From: Flavobacteriales bacterium | Lineage (GTDB): Bacteria; Bacteroidota; Bacteroidia; Flavobacteriales_F; PHOS-HE28 | Direction: 5' to 3' | Length of the DNA stretch: 64,000 nt | Assembly (NCBI GenBank): GCA_044507815.1 | Contig: JBIQIX010000001.1 | Span: 207,124 to 271,123, forward strand | Shown here: piece after piece, positions 7,902-17,921 of the stretch | How the letters are laid out: every line of letters begins with the position of its first letter | How positions within the stretch are numbered: position 1 is the first letter of the stretch | The notes under the pieces: generated by a model | What the model was told of the DNA's origin: nothing | Seen by the model: only the letters and a program-made list of their open reading frames with translations | The model's database searches: none | Translations under genes and position numbers: made by a program

Positions 7902-10103
7902 TCACTGCACCATTACGGGCATTCCACCGGCGGGGTGGTCCAAGGGGCGGAGCAGGTACAGGCCCGCGGGTAGGCCGGAAAGATCGAATTGCGCGGGCTG
8001 CGAACGCACCACGTACTCCGCGACCTGCTGGCCATTGGCCGCGTGCAGCCGGAAGGTTTGGCCCAGGCCGGCATTGGTCACGGTGAGCGTGCCCTGCACC
8101 GGCATGGGATAGAGCTGCGGCCCGTTGGCCTGATCTATAGGCTGCATGCCCAGGGTGCCGAAGAAATGGTCCTCGCTTTCCTCAATGCAGCCGTCAGCAT
8201 CGGTGGTGCGCACGGTGTACTGCCCGTTGGCGGCGGGTGTCCATTGCTGCTGAATGGCGCCGGCCAGTTCCGAACCGTCCAGGAGCCATTGGTAGGCCAC
8301 GGCCGGTGAGCTCACCAATTCCATGTTCACCCAGGTGATCTCCGGCGTGGTGCCAAGCGTGGTCACATCAAAGGCATCGCTGTACGTGAAAGAGCCGTCG
8401 GTTACGGTGAGGGTCATGGTTGCCGTGCCGACCGGACGGCCAGGCACTGCGCTGATGGTGGCCTGGAAAAGGCTGTCGTTGACCTGCACCACATGCAAGG
8501 CGGTGTCCGGGAGCACGGCCTGGTTGCTGCTGGCCAGGGCAGGCTGGCCGATGGCATCACCGTTGTTGGTGGCTTTCAGGGTGATCGCCGCACCCGCCGT
8601 ACGGCAGAAGCTTGTGCCTGTGGGCAAGGTGAAGGTGGCATCATCGTCGCGGTTCACCACGGCGAAGTGTGCTGGCGGCATGGCCGCGTAGGCGGGGTCT
8701 GCCGTGGCCGGGTTCATGGCAGCGATCACGTACAGGTTGATGTCGCCATCGTCCTCGGTATCGTCAAGGCCGGTCACGGCCACCTGTTGCACCTGGTCCC
8801 AAGTGCTGGTGGTGAAGGTGAGCTGGGTGGTGCCCAGGGCGGCCTCGTCGGGGTCGCTCATGGAAAGGTCCACCACCACATCACCCGTGGGCTGCGAACC
8901 CAGGCGCAGCGCCAGCATTTGCGTGGTACCGGTCTCATCCACCACCAAGGGCAGTGGGGCGGTGGTGGCCACGCCGGGGAAGAATGCCCTGCCGAAGGCA
9001 CGCGCATACACACCGTCGCTATCACCCTGCATGCCGTTCCCGCCCCACACCATGATGAACCCCCCGTTCGGCAGCTTGGCCACAGCGGGGTTGCGCTGCT
9101 CGCCGCCAACGGTATTGCTGGCCACCTGCCAGCCGGTCTGTGGCCCGTCCGGTGCCGCGATGTAGTTGGCCCGCACGTTGTAATTCTCTGGATCGTTCAG
9201 GCCGGTCATGTAATTGTTGGTGAGCACCATGGCGCCATCGTCGTACAATTCGCAATCGCTATGGTATTGCGCATACGGTGCGGCCATGTCCCCCAGGCCC
9301 TCGGCCAATTCATTGCCATCCGCGTCCAGCAACTTGCCCCAGAAGTGATCGGTCCCGTTCACGCCGAGCTTCGCATAGATCAGGAGTTGGTCGTGTACAT
9401 TGATGGATACGTTGATCACGTTCACCCCACCGCTGCTGCTGAGCAGGATGGTCTCGGGTGTTTGCGCGAGCAGGTCGGCATTGAAGGTCTTGCGGTAGAT
9501 GTTGCGCGTGCCCGATCCGTTGGAGTACACGGCCACGATGTTGCCATCGCTGGTCCACCGTACCTGCGGCAGTTTGTAGTTGTTGGAAGCGGTTTCGCTG
9601 GCCTGTACTGCGGGCCCCATCCATGCGTGTGCAAGCAGGTCCCATTTGCGCAGGTAGATGTGCGGGCTGGAACTATAGGCCACCAACAATACATCGCCCT
9701 GCACATCCAGGTCCATCTCGGGGCTGCTGCCCACCGGGTAGGTCGCGCTCAGGGTGTTGTCCGCCTGCAGCACCTTCAGGCCGGAGGGGAAGCCTTTCCA
9801 ACCGATCAGGAACCGGCCTTGGCCCCAGTGGTACACGAAGGCGCGTTCGCCGCTGGCCACCACCATTTCATCGGTGAGCGCCTGATGATCGGCACCGTAC
9901 CGGCGCGCCATGATGGTATTGGTGCCGCTGGTCCAAACGATCACGTAGCTGCCATCGGCATCGCTGGCCACATGGGGGAGGCCTTGTGGCCCCTCGATCT
10001 GCTGGTTCACCCGGTATTCATTGGTGAGCGGATTGAGCTGTTGGGCGTGGAGAAGTGGCCCGGACAACAGTGCGAGAACAAGGCCGGTGCGTAACAAATT
10101 CAT
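7902..10103 (-). CDS. large secreted protein with T9SS C-terminal sorting domain (Calx-beta-like segment, beta-propeller-like repeats)
   Basis: Signal peptide MNLLRTGLVLALLSGPLLHAQ; C-terminal ~80 aa …GLYLLRPLDHPAGGMPVMVQ resembles Por_Secre_tail; internal …VAVTGLDDTEDDGDINLYVIAAMN… Calx-beta-like. Confidence 0.6.
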   Translation of the reverse strand: MNLLRTGLVLALLSGPLLHAQQLNPLTNEYRVNQQIEGPQGLPHVASDADGSYVIVWTSGTNTIMARRYGADHQALTDEMVVASGERAFVYHWGQGRFLIGWKGFPSGLKVLQADNTLSATYPVGSSPEMDLDVQGDVLLVAYSSSPHIYLRKWDLLAHAWMGPAVQASETASNNYKLPQVRWTSDGNIVAVYSNGSGTRNIYRKTFNADLLAQTPETILLSSSGGVNVINVSINVHDQLLIYAKLGVNGTDHFWGKLLDADGNELAEGLGDMAAPYAQYHSDCELYDDGAMVLTNNYMTGLNDPENYNVRANYIAAPDGPQTGWQVASNTVGGEQRNPAVAKLPNGGFIMVWGGNGMQGDSDGVYARAFGRAFFPGVATTAPLPLVVDETGTTQMLALRLGSQPTGDVVVDLSMSDPDEAALGTTQLTFTTSTWDQVQQVAVTGLDDTEDDGDINLYVIAAMNPATADPAYAAMPPAHFAVVNRDDDATFTLPTGTSFCRTAGAAITLKATNNGDAIGQPALASSNQAVLPDTALHVVQVNDSLFQATISAVPGRPVGTATMTLTVTDGSFTYSDAFDVTTLGTTPEITWVNMELVSSPAVAYQWLLDGSELAGAIQQQWTPAANGQYTVRTTDADGCIEESEDHFFGTLGMQPIDQANGPQLYPMPVQGTLTVTNAGLGQTFRLHAANGQQVAEYVVRSQPAQFDLSGLPAGLYLLRPLDHPAGGMPVMVQ

Positions 10104-10230
10104 GCTGGTCTTAATTTGTTGGGGGTGCAAGATGGATCAATAAAGCATTGGGCGCTTGCGGGCAGTGCCGTTGCCCTTGGGCATCGAGCAAGCGCCGGGG
10201 TCCATCGCCTTGGCGAAGGGCCGCAGGGTG

Positions 10231-10965
10231 CTAAAGCTTGCCGATGGCTTCCATGACCTGCTGCCGTTTGCGCTGCGAAACAGGCACCGTGGAGCCATCG
10301 GCCAGCACCAGTACACCGCCGTCGCGGTTGAGGAATTTGCGCACCTGGAGCAGGTTCACCAAATGGCTCATGTGCACGCGCTCAAAGCGGTGTGGTGCGA
10401 GCAGTTCCTCGAAGTCCTTCAGTGTGCGTGCCGCCACGATGCGCTCCCCGGTGGTGGTGTAAAGTCGTGTGTAGTTGCCATCGGCCTCGCAGCGTGCGAT
10501 GTCGCGGGGGTCGAGCACATGCAGGCCCTCGGCGCAGGGCACCACCACGCGTTCCTCTCCCGGGGCGGCCATGTTGCGGAGCAACGTTTCCATCTGCGGC
10601 GATCGGGCGGTGGGCAACGCGCGGCGCAGGGCACTGGCCAAAAGGCCGGGATCGGCGGGCTTGAGGAGGTAATCCACGGCCGCGAAGCGGAATGCGCGGA
10701 TGGCGTATTGGTCGTAGGCCGTGATGAAGATGATCTTGGCCTGTTTCCAGGCGGCGCGATCGAGCACCTCGAAGCCGGTGCCGTCACCCAACCGAATGTC
10801 GAGCAGCACCACATCGGGGCGCAGGCGGTCGATCAGGGCAACGGCCGCATCGCGCCCATCGGCCTGCCCGATGACCTCATGCGGTACTTCGCAGGTCTGT
10901 AGGGCATCGCGCAGTGCGGCGCGCGCCGGCGCCTCATCGTCCACGATCAACAACCGCAGTTTCAT
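10231..10965 (-). CDS. LytTR-family two-component response regulator
   Basis: N-terminal receiver (LLIVDDE…LLDIRLGDGTGFEVL) plus C-terminal LytTR DNA-binding domain; 4-nt overlap with upstream kinase. Confidence 0.8.
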   Translation of the reverse strand: MKLRLLIVDDEAPARAALRDALQTCEVPHEVIGQADGRDAAVALIDRLRPDVVLLDIRLGDGTGFEVLDRAAWKQAKIIFITAYDQYAIRAFRFAAVDYLLKPADPGLLASALRRALPTARSPQMETLLRNMAAPGEERVVVPCAEGLHVLDPRDIARCEADGNYTRLYTTTGERIVAARTLKDFEELLAPHRFERVHMSHLVNLLQVRKFLNRDGGVLVLADGSTVPVSQRKRQQVMEAIGKL

Positions 10966-12890
10966 GCCCATACACTGTTCAGCACGGTGCGCACGGTCAC
11001 TTTCGTGCCCTGCGCCCTGCCTTGTCCGTCTTCAAGGTCCACGATCTCCAGCCCGGCAAAGTTGCGCGCGCCGCGGTTGAAGTGCCGAAGGCGCTCGGTG
11101 GTGATCTGCAGCCCGCGCGAAGGAAGTGCCTGCCCCGCGCCGAAGGCAGGGCCGCCCCTGCGGCCCACGCCATTGTCGTGCACGGTGCATTCGAGCAGGC
11201 CGTTGTGCCGCGCCACGGTAACCTGCAAATGGCCCCCGCTGCGCCGGGGCACCAGCCCGTGCACAATGGCGTTCTCCACCAGTGGCTGCAGCAGCATGGG
11301 CAGCATCTCCACCGCATCGGGGTCAACGTTGGGGTGCACCGTTACGGCGTAGGTGAACACACCCGGGTAGCGTGCGGCGCCCACATGCAGGTAGTGCGTG
11401 ATCAGGTCCAGTTCCTGCCGCAGGGGCACAGTGACCTGGCGCGAGCTTTCAAGGATCAGGCGCAACAGGTTGGAGAGGTGGCCCACGTAGGCGGTGGCCG
11501 TGCGGGGGTCGGTTTCGGCGTACAGCCCCGGAATGGTGTTGAGCGAGTTGAAGAGGAAGTGCGGGTCCATTTGCGCGCGCAGGGCCTGCTGCTCCAGTTG
11601 CGCCTCGCGCTGCCGGGCGCGGCCGCGTGCGCGTTGCAGCACCAGCCAGGAGGCCATGCCCACCGCCACGGCCATCAGCAGGGCCGCCACCAGCATCCAC
11701 CGCAACTTTTGCCCGCGCGCCTCGGCCAGTTGGGCGTTGGCGAGCAGCCTCTGGTTTTCGTTTTCCTTCTTCTCCACTTCGTATTTCACGTGCAGTTCGC
11801 GCATCACGGCATCCTTCCCGGCGTTCATCAGCGAATCGGCCAATGCGGTATGGGCCAAATGCGCCTCGTAGGCTTCCTTGTGGCGGCCCATGGCGGCCCA
11901 GGTGCGGGCGCGCGAGAGCAGCACATCCTGCTCGGACCTGCGGTCGCCCAGCGCGCGTGTGATGGCCAACGCCGTGTCCAAATGCGCCAATGCGGCGGCA
12001 GGCTGCCCGGTGCGCACGAGCAGGTCCGCCAGGTAGGGCCTCAACTCACCCAACGACCATTCATCGCGTTGCTGGCGGGCCAGGCTGAGCGCCTGCTCGT
12101 AATAGGTGCGCGCCATTCCGAGGTTTCCCAACCCCTCGTAGGCCAACGCCTGGTTGGTAAGCAACGCCGGGATGTTGCGGTTGAACATGCGCTGCGGGCT
12201 CACTTCGCCGGCGCGCTGCAGCAGCGTCAAGGCCGTATCGTACCGCCCGAGGTCCATTTCCACAACCGCCAGGTTCATCAGGCTGCGGTGCCACGATGCG
12301 CTGTCGCCGGTGGGCCGCCCCGTGGCCACCAGCTGGTTGATCGCGATGGCCTGCCGGAAATGATCGCGCGCCTTTAGCGTGTCGTTGGTACGGGCGTAGA
12401 GCATGCCCACGTTGTTCAATGTGCGCGCCATGCCGGTGCTGTCCGCCAGCTGCTCCTTCAGCCGCAGCGCCAGCAGTTGTTGTTCCAGCGCGGCCGCGGG
12501 GTTGCCCAATAGTTCCAGTACAACGCCCAGGTTGATCCGCGCGGTGGATTCCACGTCGGCAAGCCCATGCTGTTGGGCCATGGCGATCGCCATGCGTTGG
12601 CAACTGGCGGCACTGTCCAACAGGTTGCGCCGTTGCAGGATGTTGCCCAATAGCCCCACGGCCATGGCGTTTGGCTTTACCCTGCCCGCCGATGCTTGGA
12701 TCAGGCCGCGCACGCGTGTTTCGGCACCGGTGTCGTTGCCCTCGGCCAATAGCAGCCGCGCGGAATCAAGCGCAAGAATGAACCGGCTACTGTCCGCGCC
12801 ATGTCCGTTGCCACTTGGCGGTGCTTCCGGCCGGCTGCAAGCCGCCAGCAGCGCGGCAAAAATGATCGGCAGGAGGCGGGTCGGCGGCAT
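10962..12890 (-). CDS. sensor histidine kinase with TPR repeats and LytS-type (His_kinase) domain
   Basis: TPR-rich periplasmic region, TM helix, …MDPHFLFNSLNTI… motif, HATPase_c; start re-picked at MPPTRLLPIIFAALLAACS (cat 12888-12890). Confidence 0.75.
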   Translation of the reverse strand: MPPTRLLPIIFAALLAACSRPEAPPSGNGHGADSSRFILALDSARLLLAEGNDTGAETRVRGLIQASAGRVKPNAMAVGLLGNILQRRNLLDSAASCQRMAIAMAQQHGLADVESTARINLGVVLELLGNPAAALEQQLLALRLKEQLADSTGMARTLNNVGMLYARTNDTLKARDHFRQAIAINQLVATGRPTGDSASWHRSLMNLAVVEMDLGRYDTALTLLQRAGEVSPQRMFNRNIPALLTNQALAYEGLGNLGMARTYYEQALSLARQQRDEWSLGELRPYLADLLVRTGQPAAALAHLDTALAITRALGDRRSEQDVLLSRARTWAAMGRHKEAYEAHLAHTALADSLMNAGKDAVMRELHVKYEVEKKENENQRLLANAQLAEARGQKLRWMLVAALLMAVAVGMASWLVLQRARGRARQREAQLEQQALRAQMDPHFLFNSLNTIPGLYAETDPRTATAYVGHLSNLLRLILESSRQVTVPLRQELDLITHYLHVGAARYPGVFTYAVTVHPNVDPDAVEMLPMLLQPLVENAIVHGLVPRRSGGHLQVTVARHNGLLECTVHDNGVGRRGGPAFGAGQALPSRGLQITTERLRHFNRGARNFAGLEIVDLEDGQGRAQGTKVTVRTVLNSVWA

Positions 12891-12979
12891 GCGGGCAGGG
12901 GTGGGCAAACCTACCTCCACGGCCTGGAACGCCCGCGCGTGTTGAGCAATCGCCTGTTTTGATCGAGCGGCGCACGGCG

Positions 12980-13780
12980 TTACTTGCGCAACTTCCCCGG
13001 CAGTACGCATACCGGCACCGGCAGCCATTTGTGCGAGTTGGCCCTGTGCAACCGGTCGTAGATCTGCAGCACCTCGCGTTGCCGGGCGTCCAGTCCGCTT
13101 TCGTCCACTTCGGCCCCGCTATCGCGCAGCGCCATGGCCCATTCCAATTCGGGGTAGCTGGCACCAAGCTGGGCCTCATCGCTGCGGTCGTCGGTGAACA
13201 GGCCATCGCTGGGTACGGCCTGCCGTATGCTTTGGACGATGCCAAGCTGCTGCGCAAGGGCGAACACATCGGTTTTGGTGAGGTCGCCGATGGGGGAGAG
13301 GTCCACGCCGCCATCGCCGTACTTGGTGAAAAAGCCCACGCCGAAGTCCTCGATCTTGTTGCCGGTGCCGGCCACCAGCAGCCGCTGCAGGCCGGCGAAG
13401 TAGTAAAGCGTGGCCATGCGCAGGCGCGAACGCGTGTTCGCCAACGCCAAGGCGTGTTGCGCCGGATCGTTGCCCGGGGGAAGGACCTTGGCCAATTGGT
13501 CGAAAGTGGCGCTGAGGTCCACCGTGCGCGAGCTTACCGCCGGGTAATGCTGTTTCAGCCAAGCGATGTGCTCCTGTGCGCGGCCCACGTGCGCCGGCGG
13601 CTGGTGGATCGGCATTTCCAGGCAGAGCAGCGGCAGGCCGGTGCGGGCGCACAGCGTGCTCACCACGGCGCTGTCCACCCCGCCGCTGATGCCGATCACG
13701 AACCCCTGCTGCCCGGCGCGCTTGCAGTAGTCACCCAACCACGCGGTGATGTGGTCAATAATGCCCTGTGCGTTGAGCAT
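12980..13780 (-). CDS. nadE: NH3-dependent NAD+ synthetase
   Basis: GISGGVDSAVV P-loop-like SGGxDS motif and overall NadE pattern. Confidence 0.85.
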   Translation of the reverse strand: MLNAQGIIDHITAWLGDYCKRAGQQGFVIGISGGVDSAVVSTLCARTGLPLLCLEMPIHQPPAHVGRAQEHIAWLKQHYPAVSSRTVDLSATFDQLAKVLPPGNDPAQHALALANTRSRLRMATLYYFAGLQRLLVAGTGNKIEDFGVGFFTKYGDGGVDLSPIGDLTKTDVFALAQQLGIVQSIRQAVPSDGLFTDDRSDEAQLGASYPELEWAMALRDSGAEVDESGLDARQREVLQIYDRLHRANSHKWLPVPVCVLPGKLRK

Positions 13781-13816
13781 GCTGTGCGCGCCTTTTGGGC
13801 ACGTTGGCCGGTGCGG

Positions 13817-14506
13817 TCAGAAGAAGACGCCGAGTGAGAGCTCGAAGTATTTCAGGTTGGCGTCCAGCTTGGTGGTGTTGCCCGCGCCGTCGGGTATTTC
13901 CACCTTTTTGAGGATGTTGCTGAAGCCATTGTTGTAGGTGATGCCCACCATGGCCGAGGTATTGCCGCTGAAATTGAATTCCAACCCGGCCCCCAGGATC
14001 AACGAGGCCTTGAAAAACTGCGCGTGGTCAAGGAGGTTCTCATCGGTGAGGCGGTCCACTTTCTTGGGGTCGTCGGCATTCACTTGGTCAATGTCGCCTT
14101 TGGCAGAAATGTTGAAGGCCGTGCCGAAACCGATCTGCCCGTAATAGGTCATGTAGCCGATCTCGTTCGTTTTCAGCTTCAGCGTAAGGGGCAGCTCGAT
14201 GTACTGGTAGCGCGTGATCCTTTCCAGGTTCCTGTCCCCGTACGGATAGGTGCTTTTGGTGCCGGTATTGTTGAGGTAGAGGCCGGTGGCAAAGGCGTAG
14301 TTGTGGCTTACGCCGAAGAGGAAATCCGCCATCAGGCCGTAGGAATAGCCCATGCGTGCGCCGTCGTTCTTCAGGTTCTTGGTGTTGGGCTTGATGAAGC
14401 CCAGGTTGGGCGCGGCCTTCAACCCAAAACGGATCGATTTGTCCTGGGCGTTGGCTGCAGAGGTGCCCAATGCGAGCAGAAAGACCACGGCGTAGAGCTT
14501 CTTCAT
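13817..14506 (-). CDS. outer-membrane beta-barrel protein (porin-family/PorT-like small OMP)
   Basis: Signal peptide MKKLYAVVFLLALGTSAANAQ; alternating hydrophobic beta-strands; C-terminal …LSLGVFF aromatic terminus. Confidence 0.6.
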   Translation of the reverse strand: MKKLYAVVFLLALGTSAANAQDKSIRFGLKAAPNLGFIKPNTKNLKNDGARMGYSYGLMADFLFGVSHNYAFATGLYLNNTGTKSTYPYGDRNLERITRYQYIELPLTLKLKTNEIGYMTYYGQIGFGTAFNISAKGDIDQVNADDPKKVDRLTDENLLDHAQFFKASLILGAGLEFNFSGNTSAMVGITYNNGFSNILKKVEIPDGAGNTTKLDANLKYFELSLGVFF

Positions 14507-14523
14507 AGGTTTGCGGCGTTAGG

Positions 14524-15561
14524 ATGAAGGCCAAAAGTAAGCGTGGTCCGGGCAAGGCCGGCTTTGTTGCCATCGCCATTTTGCTGCTGGCCACGGCCGG
14601 TTGCGGGCAAAAGGGCGGCAAGCGCACCGTTGCCCCGGTACCGGTGAACATCTCCATTGAGCGGCTCGATCAGGACCTGTTCCGCAGCGCGAGTTCCACC
14701 GGGGGCAATTTCAGCATGGGGCTTTACGCCAAATACGGGGAGTTCTACAGGATCTATGTGGAGGATGTGCTGCAGGCCGCACCGTACAACGATCCGCGGC
14801 TGCCCTTGGCGCTGATCCAATTCACCCATGACCCCGATTGGGCGGCGGTGCAGGAACTGGCGGACAGCGTGCTGGGGGACCTGGCCCCGCAGCAGGCCGG
14901 TTTCAATGCCGCCTTCGGCCGGTTGAAGGCCTTTTTCCCCGATAGCCTGGTGCCGCGGATCGTGGCGTACAATTCGGGCTTCAACTATGGGGTGCTGCCC
15001 ACGGACAGCGTGCTGGGCTTTGGCGTGGAGTGGTTCGTGGGGCAACAAAGCCCGGTGGTGAAGTACCTCTCGCCCGAGATCTTTCCGCAGTACCGCAAGG
15101 AACGCATGCGCCCCGAACTGCTGCTGCCCAGCGTGGTGAAGGGCTGGCTGCTGGCGCATTACACGCGTGATACCCGCGGCGAGGACCTGCTGAACAACCT
15201 GGTGTCCGTGGGCAAGACCATGGCCTTGTTGGACGCGCTGCTGCCCGATGTGCCGGCCCCGCTCAAGTTCGGGTTCACCGCAGAGCAATTGAAATGGTGC
15301 CAGGAACAGGAGTTCAACATCTGGCGCGAAATAGTGGCCAAGGAAATGCTGTACTCAACGGATGCCAAGGTGGTGGGCCGTTTCATGGATGACGGGCCCT
15401 TTACGCCGGGCCTTCCACGCGAAAGCCCCGGCAACATCGGCGCCTGGATCGGGTACAGGATGGTGGAAAGCTACCTGAAGGCCAACCCGGGGGTGGACTT
15501 CGCTGAATTGTTGGCCATACACGACCCGCAGGCCATTTTGAAAACATACAAGCCGCGCTAA
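14524..15561 (+). CDS. gldB: gliding-motility lipoprotein GldB-family protein
   Basis: Lipoprotein signal …LLLATAGCGQ; ~340 aa; conserved Bacteroidetes synteny nadE / gldB / gldC (established for Flavobacterium johnsoniae); assignment by synteny + architecture, not motif. Confidence 0.55.
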   Translation: MKAKSKRGPGKAGFVAIAILLLATAGCGQKGGKRTVAPVPVNISIERLDQDLFRSASSTGGNFSMGLYAKYGEFYRIYVEDVLQAAPYNDPRLPLALIQFTHDPDWAAVQELADSVLGDLAPQQAGFNAAFGRLKAFFPDSLVPRIVAYNSGFNYGVLPTDSVLGFGVEWFVGQQSPVVKYLSPEIFPQYRKERMRPELLLPSVVKGWLLAHYTRDTRGEDLLNNLVSVGKTMALLDALLPDVPAPLKFGFTAEQLKWCQEQEFNIWREIVAKEMLYSTDAKVVGRFMDDGPFTPGLPRESPGNIGAWIGYRMVESYLKANPGVDFAELLAIHDPQAILKTYKPR

Positions 15562-15566
15562 GCACA

Positions 15567-15899
15567 ATGAAGGAATCCGATATCGTGATCAGTGTAACCA
15601 CGGACGAGAATCATGTGCCCGAGGGCATCGCTTGGTCTGCCCAGGAAGGGGAGAACAAGGGAACGGCCAAGGCCATGCTGCTGAGCCTGTGGGACGCAGA
15701 GGAGCTGAACACCCTGCGCATAGACCTTTGGGCGAAGGACATGACCCTGGACGAGATGAAGGCCTTTTTCCACCAGAACATCCTCACCATGGCCGATACG
15801 TTCGAGCGGGCCACAAACGAGGACAAGATGGCGGCCCAAATGCGCGACTTCGCCGATTATTTCGCGGAGCACATGCTGCCGGAGCTGAAGAAGAAGTGA
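15567..15899 (+). CDS. gldC: gliding-motility protein GldC-like small cytoplasmic protein
   Basis: 110-aa acidic soluble protein immediately downstream of gldB-like gene (6-nt gap), matching known gldB-gldC cotranscribed arrangement. Confidence 0.5.
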   Translation: MKESDIVISVTTDENHVPEGIAWSAQEGENKGTAKAMLLSLWDAEELNTLRIDLWAKDMTLDEMKAFFHQNILTMADTFERATNEDKMAAQMRDFADYFAEHMLPELKKK

Positions 15900-15947
15900 G
15901 CCCAATGCCCGGCCGGGTGCGCGGAGCGGCATGCAGGAACCCGGCGT

Positions 15948-17921
15948 TCACGGAAACTCCAACGCGCCTTTCAGCGGTTGAAAAAAGCCGTAAAGCCACG
16001 GGTTGCCTTTCCGTACCTTCACTTCCAAAGAGCTGATCCGCGCCTGGTTGCCGCCTTCGTTCCATGCGTACACGCGCAGGTTGGCACCGTGCCCATGGCC
16101 CGGTATGTCTGCCAGGGCGATCGCGGAGACCACGGTTACGGCACCACTGCCGGAATAGGATTGGCCACGGTAAAAGATGCTTTCCTCGCCTTGGCGCAAC
16201 TCGGTGATCAGCTTCAGGCCCTGCCCCTCCGCCGATGCCACGTGCATGATCGCCTCGATCACGTCGTTGTCGTTGCCGGTAATGGCATATAAGGGCTTCT
16301 CCAGCAGCAGGCCGTATTCCCTGCCGGTGAGGTCCCACTGCGCCGTGCCGTTGGCGGCAAGGTTATCGCGCCACAAGGGCAGGTTTTCGTCCAGCTTCCA
16401 ACCTTCCCCCCGAATGGCTTCTGGTGCGGCCAGGCTTTTCCACCGGTGGTCGTGCAACACCACCGGTGGCGCGCTGGTGAACAGCCAGGTCTGGCCCTCG
16501 TCCATGTCGTGCCTTTCCGCAAGGAAGGGGAAATAGGCCTGCACCTGTGCCATGCGCTCGGGGTCGGGCGAAGGCGTGGTGCCGAGGAAAACGCTGGACA
16601 GCCGCGGGTCGCGCAGCACACTGTCCACCCAAGCCGCTGGCCGGTTCCGTAGGTTCAAGTACCGCACATCGGCCGGCCGGGCGCCCCAATGGTTGAAATA
16701 GAAGGCCATCACATTGTCCGGCGCATCGGTGATGGCGAGTTGACCGGGATCTTGTTGGGCCTGCAAGATCCCGCGCGCAATGGCCTCGTACTTCGATCGG
16801 TAGAAGATCTCGTAATGCGCACGATCGGTGATCAAGGTGAGGACCGACACAGCGCTGATGCCCACCACCACCGGCCAGGCCCAGATCTTCGGCAAATGGC
16901 GCAACCCGGCGAACAGGCCGATCAGCAGGTAGGGGAAGGAGAACAGGACGGTGGAATATTGGAGCACCGGGGAGCGCCAAATGGAATAGGCGTAGCCCAC
17001 GGCCAAGGGGAGCAGGCCCCACGCCAGGGTGATGGCCCATACCGGTGCCATGCTGCCCTTGTGGCGGATGCGCAGCGCGGCGGAAACAGCGGCCAGCAGA
17101 AGCCATACCGCGGCGAAAAGCCAGGTGCAGTGGGCCAGCCACCACAGGTATTCCGGGATCCACCGGGCGGTGGGGGCGGCCAACCAGAGGTCCAGGCCCC
17201 TTTGCCCGAGCTGCCCCAGGAACAGCGGCACGTTGGGCAGGTACAGGAGCACCACCAGGCCGCAGGCCAGCAGGAATGGTTTGCGCCGCTCTTTTTCCAG
17301 CAGAAAGAAACCGGTGCTGCACATGATGAAGGCGAGCATCAGCGCGAAATGGTGCGTGTAGGCGGAAAGCACGGCCCCGATGACCACGCCGGCCAAGGGT
17401 TTTAGGCCGCCCTTGCCCACATAGCGTGTCAGTTGGTCGGCCAGTAGCGCCGTGGTGAAAAGGCCCGCGGCGTACGGCCGGGCGATCTGCCCGTACATGA
17501 CCATGTACTGCATGGTGGCCAGCAGCGCGGTGGTGATCAGGGCAACCTGTGCTCCGGCCCATGCATGGGCGAAACGGTAAAGGAAGAACAAGGCGGCCAC
17601 CGACATCACCAGGAAGGGGAGCTTCACCGCTGCCTCGCCCATGCCGAAGAGCCGGGTCCACAGCCATTCGAACACCTGCACGCCCGGTGGGTGCGTGTCC
17701 AGTGCTGCCACGCCCGTGCGTAGGGTCTCGCCCAGGCCGGGATAGATGCGGATCAGCGCACTGAGTTCGTCGTGGGTGTATGGGATCTCGGGGAGTTTCC
17801 ACGCCCGCAGCACCAGGGCCAGCAACATCAGCAGGGCCAGGGCGGTGCGTTCAATGGGCGTGCCGGGCAGCCCGCTTTCCGCGGCCGCGGCGAGCCTGGA
17901 GCGCCAATCCGCGTTGTTCAT
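15948..17921 (-). CDS. GT39/ArnT-like (PMT_2) membrane glycosyltransferase
   Basis: Multi-TM N-terminal half with first-loop …IPYTHDELSAL… (DE motif) typical of ArnT/PMT family, large C-terminal periplasmic domain. Confidence 0.6.
   Translation of the reverse strand: MNNADWRSRLAAAAESGLPGTPIERTALALLMLLALVLRAWKLPEIPYTHDELSALIRIYPGLGETLRTGVAALDTHPPGVQVFEWLWTRLFGMGEAAVKLPFLVMSVAALFFLYRFAHAWAGAQVALITTALLATMQYMVMYGQIARPYAAGLFTTALLADQLTRYVGKGGLKPLAGVVIGAVLSAYTHHFALMLAFIMCSTGFFLLEKERRKPFLLACGLVVLLYLPNVPLFLGQLGQRGLDLWLAAPTARWIPEYLWWLAHCTWLFAAVWLLLAAVSAALRIRHKGSMAPVWAITLAWGLLPLAVGYAYSIWRSPVLQYSTVLFSFPYLLIGLFAGLRHLPKIWAWPVVVGISAVSVLTLITDRAHYEIFYRSKYEAIARGILQAQQDPGQLAITDAPDNVMAFYFNHWGARPADVRYLNLRNRPAAWVDSVLRDPRLSSVFLGTTPSPDPERMAQVQAYFPFLAERHDMDEGQTWLFTSAPPVVLHDHRWKSLAAPEAIRGEGWKLDENLPLWRDNLAANGTAQWDLTGREYGLLLEKPLYAITGNDNDVIEAIMHVASAEGQGLKLITELRQGEESIFYRGQSYSGSGAVTVVSAIALADIPGHGHGANLRVYAWNEGGNQARISSLEVKVRKGNPWLYGFFQPLKGALEFP

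Noticed and set aside
8493-10094. 533-aa plus-strand ORF
   Set aside because: Antisense to the T9SS secreted protein gene; Gly/His/Val-rich shadow frame.
10914-12377. 487-aa plus-strand ORF
   Set aside because: Antisense to the histidine kinase gene; no domain signal.
16363-17802. 479-aa minus-strand ORF in alternate frame
   Set aside because: Overlaps the GT39 glycosyltransferase in another frame; Arg/Pro/Gly-rich nonsense composition.
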